64,000 bases of DNA from positions 62,921 through 126,920 of IMG/VR virus record IMGVR_UViG_3300005611_000007. One strand, 5' to 3'. Position 1 is the first letter of the stretch. Every line of letters starts with the position of its first letter. Under the pieces are notes generated by a model, which was given only the letters and a program-made list of their open reading frames with translations, did not search any database and had not been told where the DNA came from. This DNA is from a virus (Duplodnaviria > Caudoviricetes). Shown here in pieces: positions 28,172 to 37,473 of this stretch. Position numbers and translations under genes: made by a program.

Positions 28172-28260
28172 CTGAAAACTTTATTGACCCAACTTGCTCC
28201 GACGAAATAACCGAGTGCCATTACAAGCACTCCTACTGAGAAGATTAGTTGACCTTCCAT
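28168..28260 (-). CDS. 30-aa membrane peptide
   Basis: MEGQLIFSVGVLVMALGYFVGASWVNKVFS; TAATG overlap. Confidence 0.45.
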   Translation of the reverse strand: MEGQLIFSVGVLVMALGYFVGASWVNKVFS

Positions 28261-28424
28261 TAGATATATCCCTTCCTAGTATAGATTGAGTAGTGTTGAG
28301 TATATCCGTTAGCGATAAGTTTCTGTCGTCTTTCGAGTTCAGCGTGATCCTTAGCGCCGCTTAGAAAATCTTCTTCCCAACTGTATGAGAAAAACTTTTT
28401 TACCTTTGAAAATAACTTACTCAT
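28260..28424 (-). CDS. 54-aa DUF3563-like protein
   Basis: EDFLSGAKDHAELERRQK; overlaps hsp20 stop. Confidence 0.5.
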   Translation of the reverse strand: MSKLFSKVKKFFSYSWEEDFLSGAKDHAELERRQKLIANGYTQHYSIYTRKGYI

Positions 28425-28881
28425 TTAGTAACTGTGTTGCCTCCTTTGTCTCTTCTTTAGCCGTGTTAATGCTAACTTTCCTCGGCTTCTTATGGTCTGG
28501 AATGATGTTTTCGAGGAAGACCTTGAGCATTCCGTTGACAAGAGACGCATCCTTAACTTCGATTGTGTCAGCGAGGTTGAACGTCCGTGAGAAGGCACGA
28601 TTAGCAATCCCCTTATGTAAGAAGTTATCGTTATCGTCAGATGTCTTACCTGCAATCTTCAAGACATCGCCATCAATCTCAATTTCGATATCAGACTTAG
28701 AGAAACCAGCAACAGCAATCTCAACGATATATTTGTTCTCTTCGACCTTACGAATATTATAAGGCGGATACGATGGAACGTTCTTTGATAATGTATCGTT
28801 GAATTCATGAAGACGATCATGGATTCGATCGAAACCAACAAAGAATGGTGAATTTAATAGGGAAAGAATGTCTTTAGTCAT
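28417..28881 (-). CDS. hsp20: small heat-shock protein Hsp20 (IbpA-like)
   Basis: YPPYNI, IAVAGF, HKGIANRAFSRTF, NGML; start re-called after AGGAGG. Confidence 0.92.
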   Translation of the reverse strand: MTKDILSLLNSPFFVGFDRIHDRLHEFNDTLSKNVPSYPPYNIRKVEENKYIVEIAVAGFSKSDIEIEIDGDVLKIAGKTSDDNDNFLHKGIANRAFSRTFNLADTIEVKDASLVNGMLKVFLENIIPDHKKPRKVSINTAKEETKEATQLLNE

Positions 28882-28888
28882 CTTTTGA

Positions 28889-28950
28889 CCTCCTAGTTTA
28901 GCAAGGTTATGTTGTGTGATACCCATTCGGCGTATCACAATTTTATTTAG
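28889..28950 (-). promoter_or_regulatory. late-type promoter plus ROSE-like RNA thermometer 5'UTR
   Basis: CTAAATA; hairpin TGTGATAC/GTATCACA; CCUUGCU-AAACU-AGGAGG. Confidence 0.7.
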
Positions 28951-29015
28951 TTTGGACTCTCCCAAAAGTCACACCACTTTACCGTAACTCAGGTATGCAG
29001 GTGTCGCATATCTAT

Positions 29016-29477
29016 TCAATTTGAATTGCAGTTCACGTAGTTATTAACAACCTTACAATTGTAATTACTACTATTATTCTGTTGTCCAGTTTGACCATTA
29101 ATAATGATAGGAGTCATCGTACCATCATAATTCCTCTGATACTGCCGACCATTCAATTCGTAGATCTTGTTAGAATTTTGATCAATACGTTGACCATTAC
29201 TATTAATCATATATGCATTGTTGTTAATGGCAGATCGATTGTCATATGGCATTCCTAGAGAATTACCAAACAAACCACCAAGCAACCCACCACCAAGTAC
29301 ACCACCGGCAGTAGCGAGCTTCTTGCCATTACCCTTGCCGATAAACTTGTTCGCAGCAAATCCACCACCAGCAGCTCCTAGAAGCCCACCAACGGTAGTA
29401 CCAACTTGTGAAGTCTGACAAGCACTCACACTCAAACCTAGAACCGCAACAGCGGCAATCATTGACTTACGCATCAT
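29016..29477 (-). CDS. glycine-zipper 2TM lipoprotein (17-kDa surface antigen-like)
   Basis: Lipobox VSAC; GGLLGAAGGG...GKGNGK...GGVLGGGLLGG. Confidence 0.8.
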   Translation of the reverse strand: MMRKSMIAAVAVLGLSVSACQTSQVGTTVGGLLGAAGGGFAANKFIGKGNGKKLATAGGVLGGGLLGGLFGNSLGMPYDNRSAINNNAYMINSNGQRIDQNSNKIYELNGRQYQRNYDGTMTPIIINGQTGQQNNSSNYNCKVVNNYVNCNSN

Positions 29478-29519
29478 ATTTCTCCTTGTTTGCATCGTCA
29501 CAAAGTCAACTTACTTTAC

Positions 29520-29561
29520 TAATATAATATCAGTCGTATTAAATGTCAACCCTTTTTTTCA
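29520..29561. repeat. 42-bp direct repeat, copy 1 (contains minus-strand promoter)
   Basis: taatataatatcagtcgtattaaatgtcaaccctttttttca. Confidence 0.9.
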
Positions 29562-30251
29562 AAAATCGATATTTTCCTTTACGAACAATTGTTCCATGTC
29601 ATCATGATTAATACGAAATGCGGTGCCACGATTACGAATACCCTTACCAATCAAATTCTGTGTTCGCATACGAGTATCGATGGAAATAAGATTATCTTCG
29701 ATGGCAGTACGAAACCGATTCTTATCCGTCCCTACTAGATGGAATGCTTCATTATAATGAAAGTATTCCACACCTTTTCGCCACTCTACATCTGCAATTA
29801 CTGACACACATGCAGGAAACTTCTTTGCAAACTGGTCAACTAGAGTATTCCAGCTCCACTTAACGATGACAGTATCATCATGCACAACACTACAGTAGTC
29901 ATCAGTGGTCTTGATAGATAGATCACGATTGTTAACAGTCTTAGTGATAGTGCAGTTTCCACTCATCTCTCCATCATGAGAGTTGCAAGGAAGACCATAG
30001 TTTGCAATATAATTTTCCTTAGATACAACCCATTCGCCTTCGAGACTGTATAGAGTTTGCTTTCCACCTGCACCACGTCGCCGCGCTTTCAACTCCTCTT
30101 CGTCAAGATCGGGAGCAGAAATACAATTCTCTTCTAGTCCCAACTCTTGCTCTAGCGTATGACCCACACCAGTGTTGCCTGCGCGCCGAGTCTTAATAAA
30201 TCCCCGGTCACGAATTTTTGCTAAACTTCGTTTGAATGTTGAAAAATCCAT
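29559..30251 (-). CDS. MvaI/BcnI-family restriction endonuclease-like protein
   Basis: GNTGVGHTLEQELGLEENCISAPD...ELKA...RNRGTAFRI. Confidence 0.75.
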   Translation of the reverse strand: MDFSTFKRSLAKIRDRGFIKTRRAGNTGVGHTLEQELGLEENCISAPDLDEEELKARRRGAGGKQTLYSLEGEWVVSKENYIANYGLPCNSHDGEMSGNCTITKTVNNRDLSIKTTDDYCSVVHDDTVIVKWSWNTLVDQFAKKFPACVSVIADVEWRKGVEYFHYNEAFHLVGTDKNRFRTAIEDNLISIDTRMRTQNLIGKGIRNRGTAFRINHDDMEQLFVKENIDF

Positions 30252-30307
30252 CGATAACCTCGTTTCACATTAGAGAAAAAAAACCATCTCTTTCTCTTTC
30301 ATATTTT

Positions 30308-30349
30308 TAATATAGTATCAGTTGTATTAAATGTCAACCCTTTTTTTCA
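30308..30349. repeat. 42-bp direct repeat, copy 2
   Basis: taatatagtatcagttgtattaaatgtcaaccctttttttca (2 mismatches to copy 1). Confidence 0.9.
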
Positions 30350-30621
30350 CTAATTTTGAGATTTTTTAACTTTTCTTCAAAAAGGTCCAATTGTAGACGT
30401 AGAAAGGAAATTTGCTTATGGGCCGAAAAAATCCCTTCTTCGTCATAACTTCCGTCGTGAAGATATTTGTGGGCATCCAAATCTTGTTCTAATAGTTTCA
30501 ATAACGATACAGCGGGAAATTCAATATCATTGCCATCAAGTCCAAACCAAACAGTGGTTTGAATATCACCAGTATCGTTTAACCACAAATCTGAATTAAC
30601 TGTTAAAGATTTTGTATTCAT
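30334..30621 (-). CDS. hypothetical protein
   Basis: AAGGAG RBS. Confidence 0.6.
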   Translation of the reverse strand: MNTKSLTVNSDLWLNDTGDIQTTVWFGLDGNDIEFPAVSLLKLLEQDLDAHKYLHDGSYDEEGIFSAHKQISFLRLQLDLFEEKLKNLKISEKKG

Positions 30622-30644
30622 AACAAAACACTCCTTTCAAGTTA

Positions 30645-31046
30645 TCACTTCTTTCTACCAATACTATACTTTGCCACTAACTCCCATTCTTTTTTCTCTT
30701 TATAGGGGAGAATTTTAATCTGATTTAAAGGAGCTAGTGGATTTGTAGTCTTTGTAGAATCTACGAGTGTCACTAGGTCCCATTGTTCTAATAGATTGGC
30801 AATCGCATTACGTCTACCGATGTCTGACTCATTTTCGTTGAAGTCAGAAGGCTTACCGTCAAGTGCGAATAGTTCTTTGAAATGTACGATGAAGTATCTG
30901 CCTTGCTTGTGCAGAATATGACAGGACTGATATAACTTCTTATCTTTACGAGATGCTACACCAATACGTGTGAGTGTCTCTTTTACTTTTAGAAAGTCAT
31001 CTTCATTTTTTAGATGTACTTCTATCATATTACTTAATTCGGTCAT
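30645..31046 (-). CDS. regA: translational repressor RegA
   Basis: FLKVKETLTRIGVAS...LYQSCHILHKQGRYFIVHFKELF. Confidence 0.95.
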   Translation of the reverse strand: MTELSNMIEVHLKNEDDFLKVKETLTRIGVASRKDKKLYQSCHILHKQGRYFIVHFKELFALDGKPSDFNENESDIGRRNAIANLLEQWDLVTLVDSTKTTNPLAPLNQIKILPYKEKKEWELVAKYSIGRKK

Positions 31047-31434
31047 TACTCATTCCACCTCTCATCAATTTTGTTTTTATTGTTACTAGTTGTTCATTAT
31101 CTAGAATTTTGAGTGCTTCCTTCGCCTTATTGACCGAGTATCCATAATAATCGATCACCGCTTGTAAGTCCTCGTCACCAGTATTCTTATGCCATTTCGA
31201 AAAGCGTTTACGTTTTCTCACAATATTTATTAGAAACGAATATTGTAGTAAATGATCTAGATGAGAGTTCATATTCATCATATTAGCATACTGTACCGTA
31301 TCTGGAAAGTATGATAGTGACTTATTAGTTAGATAAGGATTATAAGTTTTCTCCGCTAGTTCTGGGTTATCAGAATTGGTAATGATATCTTTCTTACCTA
31401 GATTGATATCGTTTACAAAATCAAATGGTTTCAT
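31030..31434 (-). CDS. 62: clamp loader small subunit gp62
   Basis: YNPYLTNKSLSYFPD...RKRKRFSKW; synteny. Confidence 0.9.
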   Translation of the reverse strand: MKPFDFVNDINLGKKDIITNSDNPELAEKTYNPYLTNKSLSYFPDTVQYANMMNMNSHLDHLLQYSFLINIVRKRKRFSKWHKNTGDEDLQAVIDYYGYSVNKAKEALKILDNEQLVTIKTKLMRGGMSNDRIK

Positions 31435-32372
31435 GACCATTCGCAATCTGTCATGATTTCTAGTAGACAAGCAACGTTATTGATTTCATGGTCAACAACA
31501 AAGGCTGCTTGATATTGATACTTAGCGAGTATCAACACCATCTGAGCAACACTCATTGGTTTCATCTTCTTGTTTGCATAATCATATAGTTTACGAAACA
31601 GTGTAGAAGATTCGATGTCAGCATTATCAACAACCCATTTACGAATACCTGTGAAGTCTTGATTTTTCATCATAGAAACAAGAGAATCAAAAGATTCGTC
31701 ACTTAGTGTAGTGAGAATGCCGACATCAATCTTACCTGTAACAGAGTATCGCTGAAGTTCGTTTAGAACACGTCGCCAATCTGGCATATGTTTCATAATA
31801 AGTTCAGCGATAACTTTCTGATCAAACTCAACCCCCTTCATCTTGAGGATATTCTCAACACGCTTCATAAACTGAGAAGCAAGACCTGCTTTCTCTTTAT
31901 TTGTCATAGTGAAGTCTACTACACTACACCGAGAATGAAGAGGTTCGATGATACGATTCTTGAAGTTACAGGTTAGAATGAACCCACAATTATTAGAGAA
32001 CTCTTCCATAAAGTTACGAAGAGCAGGTTGAGTAGATTGTGGATTAAGATAGTCAGCCTCGTCTAGAATAACATATTTACGACCACCTGTAAACGATACG
32101 GTAGAGGCAAACTGGCTGATTTCAGTTCTAAGAGTATCGATGTTACCCTTCATTGAACCATTGATGATGATGTAATCAAGATCTAGTTCGTTCAGGAGTG
32201 CCCTAGCGACGGTTGTTTTACCGACGCCAGGACCACCTGTGAGAAGAAGATTTGGAACTTGATTTTTATCTACGAACGCTTGAAATACACTCTTCAAACG
32301 CTCTGGTAGAATACACTCTTTGATGCTGGGTGGACGATACTGTTCCACCCATAGATAATCACCCATTGACAT
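31431..32372 (-). CDS. 44: clamp loader large subunit gp44
   Basis: WVEQYRP, GPGVGKTT, DEAD, SRC. Confidence 0.95.
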   Translation of the reverse strand: MSMGDYLWVEQYRPPSIKECILPERLKSVFQAFVDKNQVPNLLLTGGPGVGKTTVARALLNELDLDYIIINGSMKGNIDTLRTEISQFASTVSFTGGRKYVILDEADYLNPQSTQPALRNFMEEFSNNCGFILTCNFKNRIIEPLHSRCSVVDFTMTNKEKAGLASQFMKRVENILKMKGVEFDQKVIAELIMKHMPDWRRVLNELQRYSVTGKIDVGILTTLSDESFDSLVSMMKNQDFTGIRKWVVDNADIESSTLFRKLYDYANKKMKPMSVAQMVLILAKYQYQAAFVVDHEINNVACLLEIMTDCEWS

Positions 32373-32387
32373 AATATAGACCTTTCA

Positions 32388-33044
32388 TTAAGAGCGGGAT
32401 TCAGTAGCAATAAAGTAAGTTACCCTCCCATCTCTTGTGCTAAACTTAGAGATTCCCTTACTAGAAATCTCTACATTGTAGTCTAACATCATCATCTTCA
32501 TGTTGTCAACCTTAAAGACGTGTCGGAACTCACTTTCTGTCTTTCCAACCTTCTTAGTATAACGATTCATTGAAGAGTTCTTTGAGTCTCCAGCACCAAC
32601 AACAATATTACCATCAACGCCTTCTACAATCACTTCTGGTAGACCAAGAACACGGGCTGCTTGAAGAACATCCTTTAGATTGTCTTCGGTGAAAATAAAA
32701 CTGGCATCTACGTCAGGTAGAGTCAATTCCTTTTCTGGCGGTGTTACAATCATCGATGGATCGGCATAACGATAATCAATCGAAGTACCATTACCATCAT
32801 TGATATTTGCAGAGTTATCGTTTAGTTCCAACTCTGGTTCTTCCATTAATGATACGGCAGAAAGGAACTGCCCAAGATCATAGATACCAAATTGTCGTTC
32901 AAAGGTATCTTCGACCATTACTTCAGCAAGAACAGTCTTTTGTGGTGAGACTGTCTTGAGAACATTACCTTCCTTAAATAGAAGAGATTGGTTGATACTC
33001 GAAAAATTCTGTAGTACTTCAAGAGTCTGTTCAGATAGTTTCAT
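32388..33044 (-). CDS. 45: sliding clamp gp45
   Basis: MKLSEQTLEVLQNFSSINQS...FGIYDLGQFL. Confidence 0.93.
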   Translation of the reverse strand: MKLSEQTLEVLQNFSSINQSLLFKEGNVLKTVSPQKTVLAEVMVEDTFERQFGIYDLGQFLSAVSLMEEPELELNDNSANINDGNGTSIDYRYADPSMIVTPPEKELTLPDVDASFIFTEDNLKDVLQAARVLGLPEVIVEGVDGNIVVGAGDSKNSSMNRYTKKVGKTESEFRHVFKVDNMKMMMLDYNVEISSKGISKFSTRDGRVTYFIATESRS

Positions 33045-33052
33045 AATTTACC

Positions 33053-33904
33053 TCACTTTTTTGCATATTTAGAGAGTAATTCAGCATCAGCAGTTGCCGC
33101 AGCTCCTACTTGTGCTAAATCGACGAGGGAACCACCAAACATGTAGGATCCCATATGTGTTAGACGCATCCAAGGACACATCCACACTTTAATGCCAATG
33201 TTTCTAGCCCATTGACAAAACATGTAATCTTCTGATAAGTATCTATTTGAATCTGGACAAATTACTGTATCAAAGAATGCCATGATTTTACGTGAACCAT
33301 CAAAATGTTTAGTTCTAACGTGATCTGGTGTATATAGTAGTTCTGGATAGGCTTCAGTATATTTTTCAAATACGTGCCGTTGAATAATCATAAATCCAGT
33401 ACCACCTTCTAGAACTTCTACTGGTTCATCAACACGGAGTTGATCAGTTCCTGGGGCTGGATTGAAAACAAAGTCTCCGACGAACTTTTCTAGTTTATTT
33501 GGATTTTCGTCAGCAAATCCTTTATCTACTGCACGTTTAATCTTTTCCCAAGCAATAGTCTTTTTTGGATATGGTGCACAAACAATATCTTTATCTGACT
33601 CTGGATCAGCGATAGCAGCCATTGCTAGAACGTCGTTTGGATCAAATCCAATGTCACTATCGATAAACATAAGATGCGTCATATCAGAACGCATAAACTC
33701 GTCTACTAGATAGTTCCTTGCGCGGGTGATAAGAGATTCATTGAAAAGATAATGAAATCCTAACTGTACTCCATAATTAGTAGCCATAATACCTAAATCA
33801 GTACAAGATTTTGAATACTGACCAGTACACATGGCTCCATACATTGGAGTACAAACCATAATCTTTCTTTTTCGCAACTCTTCAACTGTTACTTGAATTT
33901 CCAC
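33053..33904 (-). CDS. GT-A fold glycosyltransferase-like protein
   Basis: TPMYG, NESLITRARN, FIDSD, GTGF, YLSEDY. Confidence 0.75.
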   Translation of the reverse strand: MEIQVTVEELRKRKIMVCTPMYGAMCTGQYSKSCTDLGIMATNYGVQLGFHYLFNESLITRARNYLVDEFMRSDMTHLMFIDSDIGFDPNDVLAMAAIADPESDKDIVCAPYPKKTIAWEKIKRAVDKGFADENPNKLEKFVGDFVFNPAPGTDQLRVDEPVEVLEGGTGFMIIQRHVFEKYTEAYPELLYTPDHVRTKHFDGSRKIMAFFDTVICPDSNRYLSEDYMFCQWARNIGIKVWMCPWMRLTHMGSYMFGGSLVDLAQVGAAATADAELLSKYAKK

Positions 33905-34181
33905 TCAAATTCTCCTTATCATGTAAATGTAATGCCATCATAGCATAATGCAAGACTTTCATCAAGTCTTTTCTATTGTAACCATCTTTACGTCCATATC
34001 GTTGAGCATACTTCAAAACGTTACCGATACAGAAACCCATTCCATGACCAGAGTCAAAAATAAACTCTGTTGCTTGAAACTTTGTTTGCGAGTAGTGTGC
34101 ATCATATGTACTATCTATATAGTCTTTCAATTCGGAAATTAGACGGTCTTCGTCAAATTTATAGTCAATCATCTCAGACAT
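33882..34181 (-). CDS. DUF3310-like protein
   Basis: GFCIGNVLKYAQRYGRK...DLMKVLHY; start re-called. Confidence 0.75.
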   Translation of the reverse strand: MSEMIDYKFDEDRLISELKDYIDSTYDAHYSQTKFQATEFIFDSGHGMGFCIGNVLKYAQRYGRKDGYNRKDLMKVLHYAMMALHLHDKENLSGNSSNS

Positions 34182-34328
34182 AAGTTCACTCCTTCGTACA
34201 TCATGTTTATATAATACCAAACTTTGGTATTTTTGTCAAGAGATTTATGTTTCACTTTTGCCAATCTGAATTACTGAAACTTTCAAATTCTCTAATAAGC
34301 CTTTCATCTGTAATTGTTTCTAACAGTG

Positions 34329-35189
34329 TCAAGTGAAAAAATCATTCAAATCATTACTTTTAGATTTATATGACTTACTCCAATTAATGCGAGTTTTTCC
34401 ATAATTTCTAAATCCTCCTTCGAGTCTTATATGACCAGAAGAACCTGGTTTATATAATATCTCATATATTCCAGGAAACATTTTTTCTATCTTTTTATGA
34501 TCATTTAATGTTTGTTCTTCAGTTTGTTTATCCCATATAGTTGATTTAATGGATTTATTTTTTACACTATGATTAAAAGTTATAAACTCTTGACTAACTC
34601 TATTACCAAAACCTCTAACTAATAAAGATAATAAAAAAACTATATCTTCTGCTACTTTAGTTTCTGTTAAGTTTAAATCTGATAAAATATCAGAAAAATC
34701 TTTGCCGTTTATCCAATAAGCACTTGTCATAGAAGTATTTTTACTATAGATTTCACCTGATGGTGGATTTTCACTTAATGCACAACCACAAACTGTAACA
34801 TCATCTTCATCTAACCAATTTGAAAATAATTCAAACATTCTATTTACATCATTGTCATCACAATCTTTTTTAGATTTTTCCATATTTGATACATCGGACC
34901 AATATTTAGAATTTCTACGACCAAATGTAATATCATCATCTAGCATAGCATATTTCATATCTTGACCAGCTTCATATATTACTTTTCTAGTCTCGGAAAT
35001 TGCTCTAGGATGTTCTGTTGTAATATGATCCGGTAATATTAAATATTCGGCATCATAATTATATTTTTCTCGTTCCCATTTCTGTACTACAAAAACTACT
35101 TTTTTCTTCAATTCATCCGGTAAGTTATTATATGTAATTTGATTATCTACACGATTTACTGTAAGAATAAATATTTTTTCAATATTCAT
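34329..35189 (-). CDS. glycosyltransferase-like protein (TAGT/GREB1-related), clamp-binding-like C-terminus
   Basis: MLDDD, AED; ends DLNDFFT. Confidence 0.6.
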   Translation of the reverse strand: MNIEKIFILTVNRVDNQITYNNLPDELKKKVVFVVQKWEREKYNYDAEYLILPDHITTEHPRAISETRKVIYEAGQDMKYAMLDDDITFGRRNSKYWSDVSNMEKSKKDCDDNDVNRMFELFSNWLDEDDVTVCGCALSENPPSGEIYSKNTSMTSAYWINGKDFSDILSDLNLTETKVAEDIVFLLSLLVRGFGNRVSQEFITFNHSVKNKSIKSTIWDKQTEEQTLNDHKKIEKMFPGIYEILYKPGSSGHIRLEGGFRNYGKTRINWSKSYKSKSNDLNDFFT

Positions 35190-36582
35190 AATCTCTAATC
35201 AACTCCAAACCATAGTTGTTAACTTCTTTCTTCACTTTTATACTTTTTGATAGAACGGGCTTGTTCTTTTTAAATTCACTATAATCAACATAGTGATGCC
35301 ATCTATCAAATTTCCAAACATTTCTTGAGACATCAGCATGACCCATTGTAATAAGCATATCTGATTTATTACTAGTACCATGAAGAATTACGTCATCTTG
35401 ATCTTCAACAGCATAAAACTCATCGGTATTGCCACCTTTAGTTGTCTGTGTTGCTGCTTTGCCTTGTAGAAAAAAATTGAATTGACACGTACACAAACCA
35501 TCTTTCAATATACGCAAAGACAAATCAGTATCTTCATTGTATCTGCCACGCCATTTATATTTCTCCATACTTGTATCAATTAACAATGCTGAATAGATTC
35601 TAGTATTCATTACATATGGTGGATACTCACTGTTAGGAGCAATAAAGAATCTATATTGTAAACCAGATACGGGTATGTTTTCATATCTATCAATAAAATC
35701 TTCACATGCTCTAAACAGTACACCAGACTCTACACGAATTCTTTCGTTTTTGTATAATCTATAAAAATCATGTATATTGTCATCAAAAACCCAATATCTT
35801 GCAAAACCATTATTCTTAGCATGATCCCAAGCGAAGTTACGAGCAGCACCAGGACCCACACGAGGATTACTGTATCCTTCATCATCACAAGTATCATACT
35901 CTTCTTTGTATTTGTTGTCAAGAACAATTACAGTACAATATCGTGAATCTGCGGTTTCTAGATATTTTTCATATTCATGTTCTTCGACTACCATATAAAA
36001 TTTTACACGCATTCTTTCAAGAGAATTAGCAGTTGCACGAATATTTTTTTCATATCTACCTTTAGATACAATATAGAGTGGATATCTTGGTTCTAGTTCT
36101 TTAACACCATCAGAGATTATCCATCGTAGTTTTTGATTCTCTGTTCGCTCTAATTTAGGATACCAGATACTTTTAGTTTTATTTGAAAGATTCTGATTCA
36201 ATATTTTAGACAGTTCTTTTAGATAAGATTCGTCTTCTAGATGAAGTGTTATTTGCATATAAGGATGATTGTTTTCTTGTATAAAATCTGGCATATTTTG
36301 CCAAGATTTTTGCCAAGATTTTTGTTTACGAGATTTCTTTTCTTTCTTCTCAAAAAAAACCTTCTGACTCTCTGTATACAAATTGTTGACAGGATAATGA
36401 ATAAGTTTTGTTTCTTCGGTTATATCAATATTTAATAAACGACTGAAGTTTTGCACATCTTCATTATTTCTAAATGAAACATATATTTCTTTCTTCAGTT
36501 TTTTCTGATCTTGATCATACTTTTGTGCTTTGACAAGTTTTGCTTCGTCTTCTTTGTTATGTTCAAATAATGTACTTATCAT
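35179..36582 (-). CDS. TET-associated/GREB1-like DNA glycosyltransferase with duplicated N-terminal domain
   Basis: YPLYIVSKGR, GPGAARNF.WDH, WVFDDNI, TRIYS, WRGRYNEDTDLSL, KGGNT. Confidence 0.75.
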   Translation of the reverse strand: MISTLFEHNKEDEAKLVKAQKYDQDQKKLKKEIYVSFRNNEDVQNFSRLLNIDITEETKLIHYPVNNLYTESQKVFFEKKEKKSRKQKSWQKSWQNMPDFIQENNHPYMQITLHLEDESYLKELSKILNQNLSNKTKSIWYPKLERTENQKLRWIISDGVKELEPRYPLYIVSKGRYEKNIRATANSLERMRVKFYMVVEEHEYEKYLETADSRYCTVIVLDNKYKEEYDTCDDEGYSNPRVGPGAARNFAWDHAKNNGFARYWVFDDNIHDFYRLYKNERIRVESGVLFRACEDFIDRYENIPVSGLQYRFFIAPNSEYPPYVMNTRIYSALLIDTSMEKYKWRGRYNEDTDLSLRILKDGLCTCQFNFFLQGKAATQTTKGGNTDEFYAVEDQDDVILHGTSNKSDMLITMGHADVSRNVWKFDRWHHYVDYSEFKKNKPVLSKSIKVKKEVNNYGLELIRDYEY

Positions 36583-36593
36583 AACATTAACCT

Positions 36594-36971
36594 TTAGCTC
36601 TTATAATCCTTTGTAAAACCACCATCATGGCGTTTACTCAATTTATCAATGTTTAATTGTACTACATCTTCTAGTGATATGTCAAGCCCTTCGCACGCTT
36701 GAATTACATACCACATAACATCACCAAGTTCAAGAATCATCTTGTCTCTTAGTTCGTCTGTAAGTTCTTTTCCATGAAAAGAAATCTTTTTTACATGATC
36801 AGCAAATTCTCCTGCTTCACCAGTAAGACCCAGTGCAGCAGTTAGTAAATGAGTAATCTTGACTTTATCCAACATGGAAAGTTCTTCCATGCGTCTTAGA
36901 AAAGATACGTGATTCTTACTATAATCACTGGTCACAGATAATACGAAATCATGATAATCATCACGCTGCAC
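36594..36971 (-). CDS. mazG: MazG-like nucleotide pyrophosphohydrolase
   Basis: GLTGEAGEF...ELGDVMWY. Confidence 0.88.
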   Translation of the reverse strand: MQRDDYHDFVLSVTSDYSKNHVSFLRRMEELSMLDKVKITHLLTAALGLTGEAGEFADHVKKISFHGKELTDELRDKMILELGDVMWYVIQACEGLDISLEDVVQLNIDKLSKRHDGGFTKDYKS

Positions 36972-37464
36972 GTTGTTTTCTCCTTCTCTGTAGTAGTCTT
37001 AAATCTTTCATTGCTTTATCAAGATGATACCGATTTGCTCGCTTACGGAAATCGTATCCTTCCATATGGTCATATTCGTGCTGGAATACTCTAGCCGTGA
37101 ATCCTTCAAACGTAGCAGTATCTGTTTCACCATCAATTGTAGTCATACGAGCACGAATGGATGTGGGTCTCTTAATCTTAATATAAAGACCAGGAAAACT
37201 TAAACATCCTTCATCAAGTGTCATCGTATCATCTGAACGAAAAACAATTGTTGGATTGAATACTGGAATGATAGATTCCCGATTTGTAGGATCTCCCATT
37301 ACAAATACTCGATAAGGAAGACCAATCTGATTTGCTGATAGACCTACACCACGTTCTTTAATCATCGTATCTGTTAAGAGATTATACAACTCATGTGGAT
37401 CCATCTGCGGATTTTCAAAATCAAATAGTTCAGTGGTCTTATATAGCAATTCATTAGTAAACAT
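36961..37464 (-). CDS. def: peptide deformylase
   Basis: GVGLSANQ, EGCLS, QHEYDH. Confidence 0.93.
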   Translation of the reverse strand: MFTNELLYKTTELFDFENPQMDPHELYNLLTDTMIKERGVGLSANQIGLPYRVFVMGDPTNRESIIPVFNPTIVFRSDDTMTLDEGCLSFPGLYIKIKRPTSIRARMTTIDGETDTATFEGFTARVFQHEYDHMEGYDFRKRANRYHLDKAMKDLRLLQRRRKQRAA

Positions 37465-37473
37465 TATATACTC

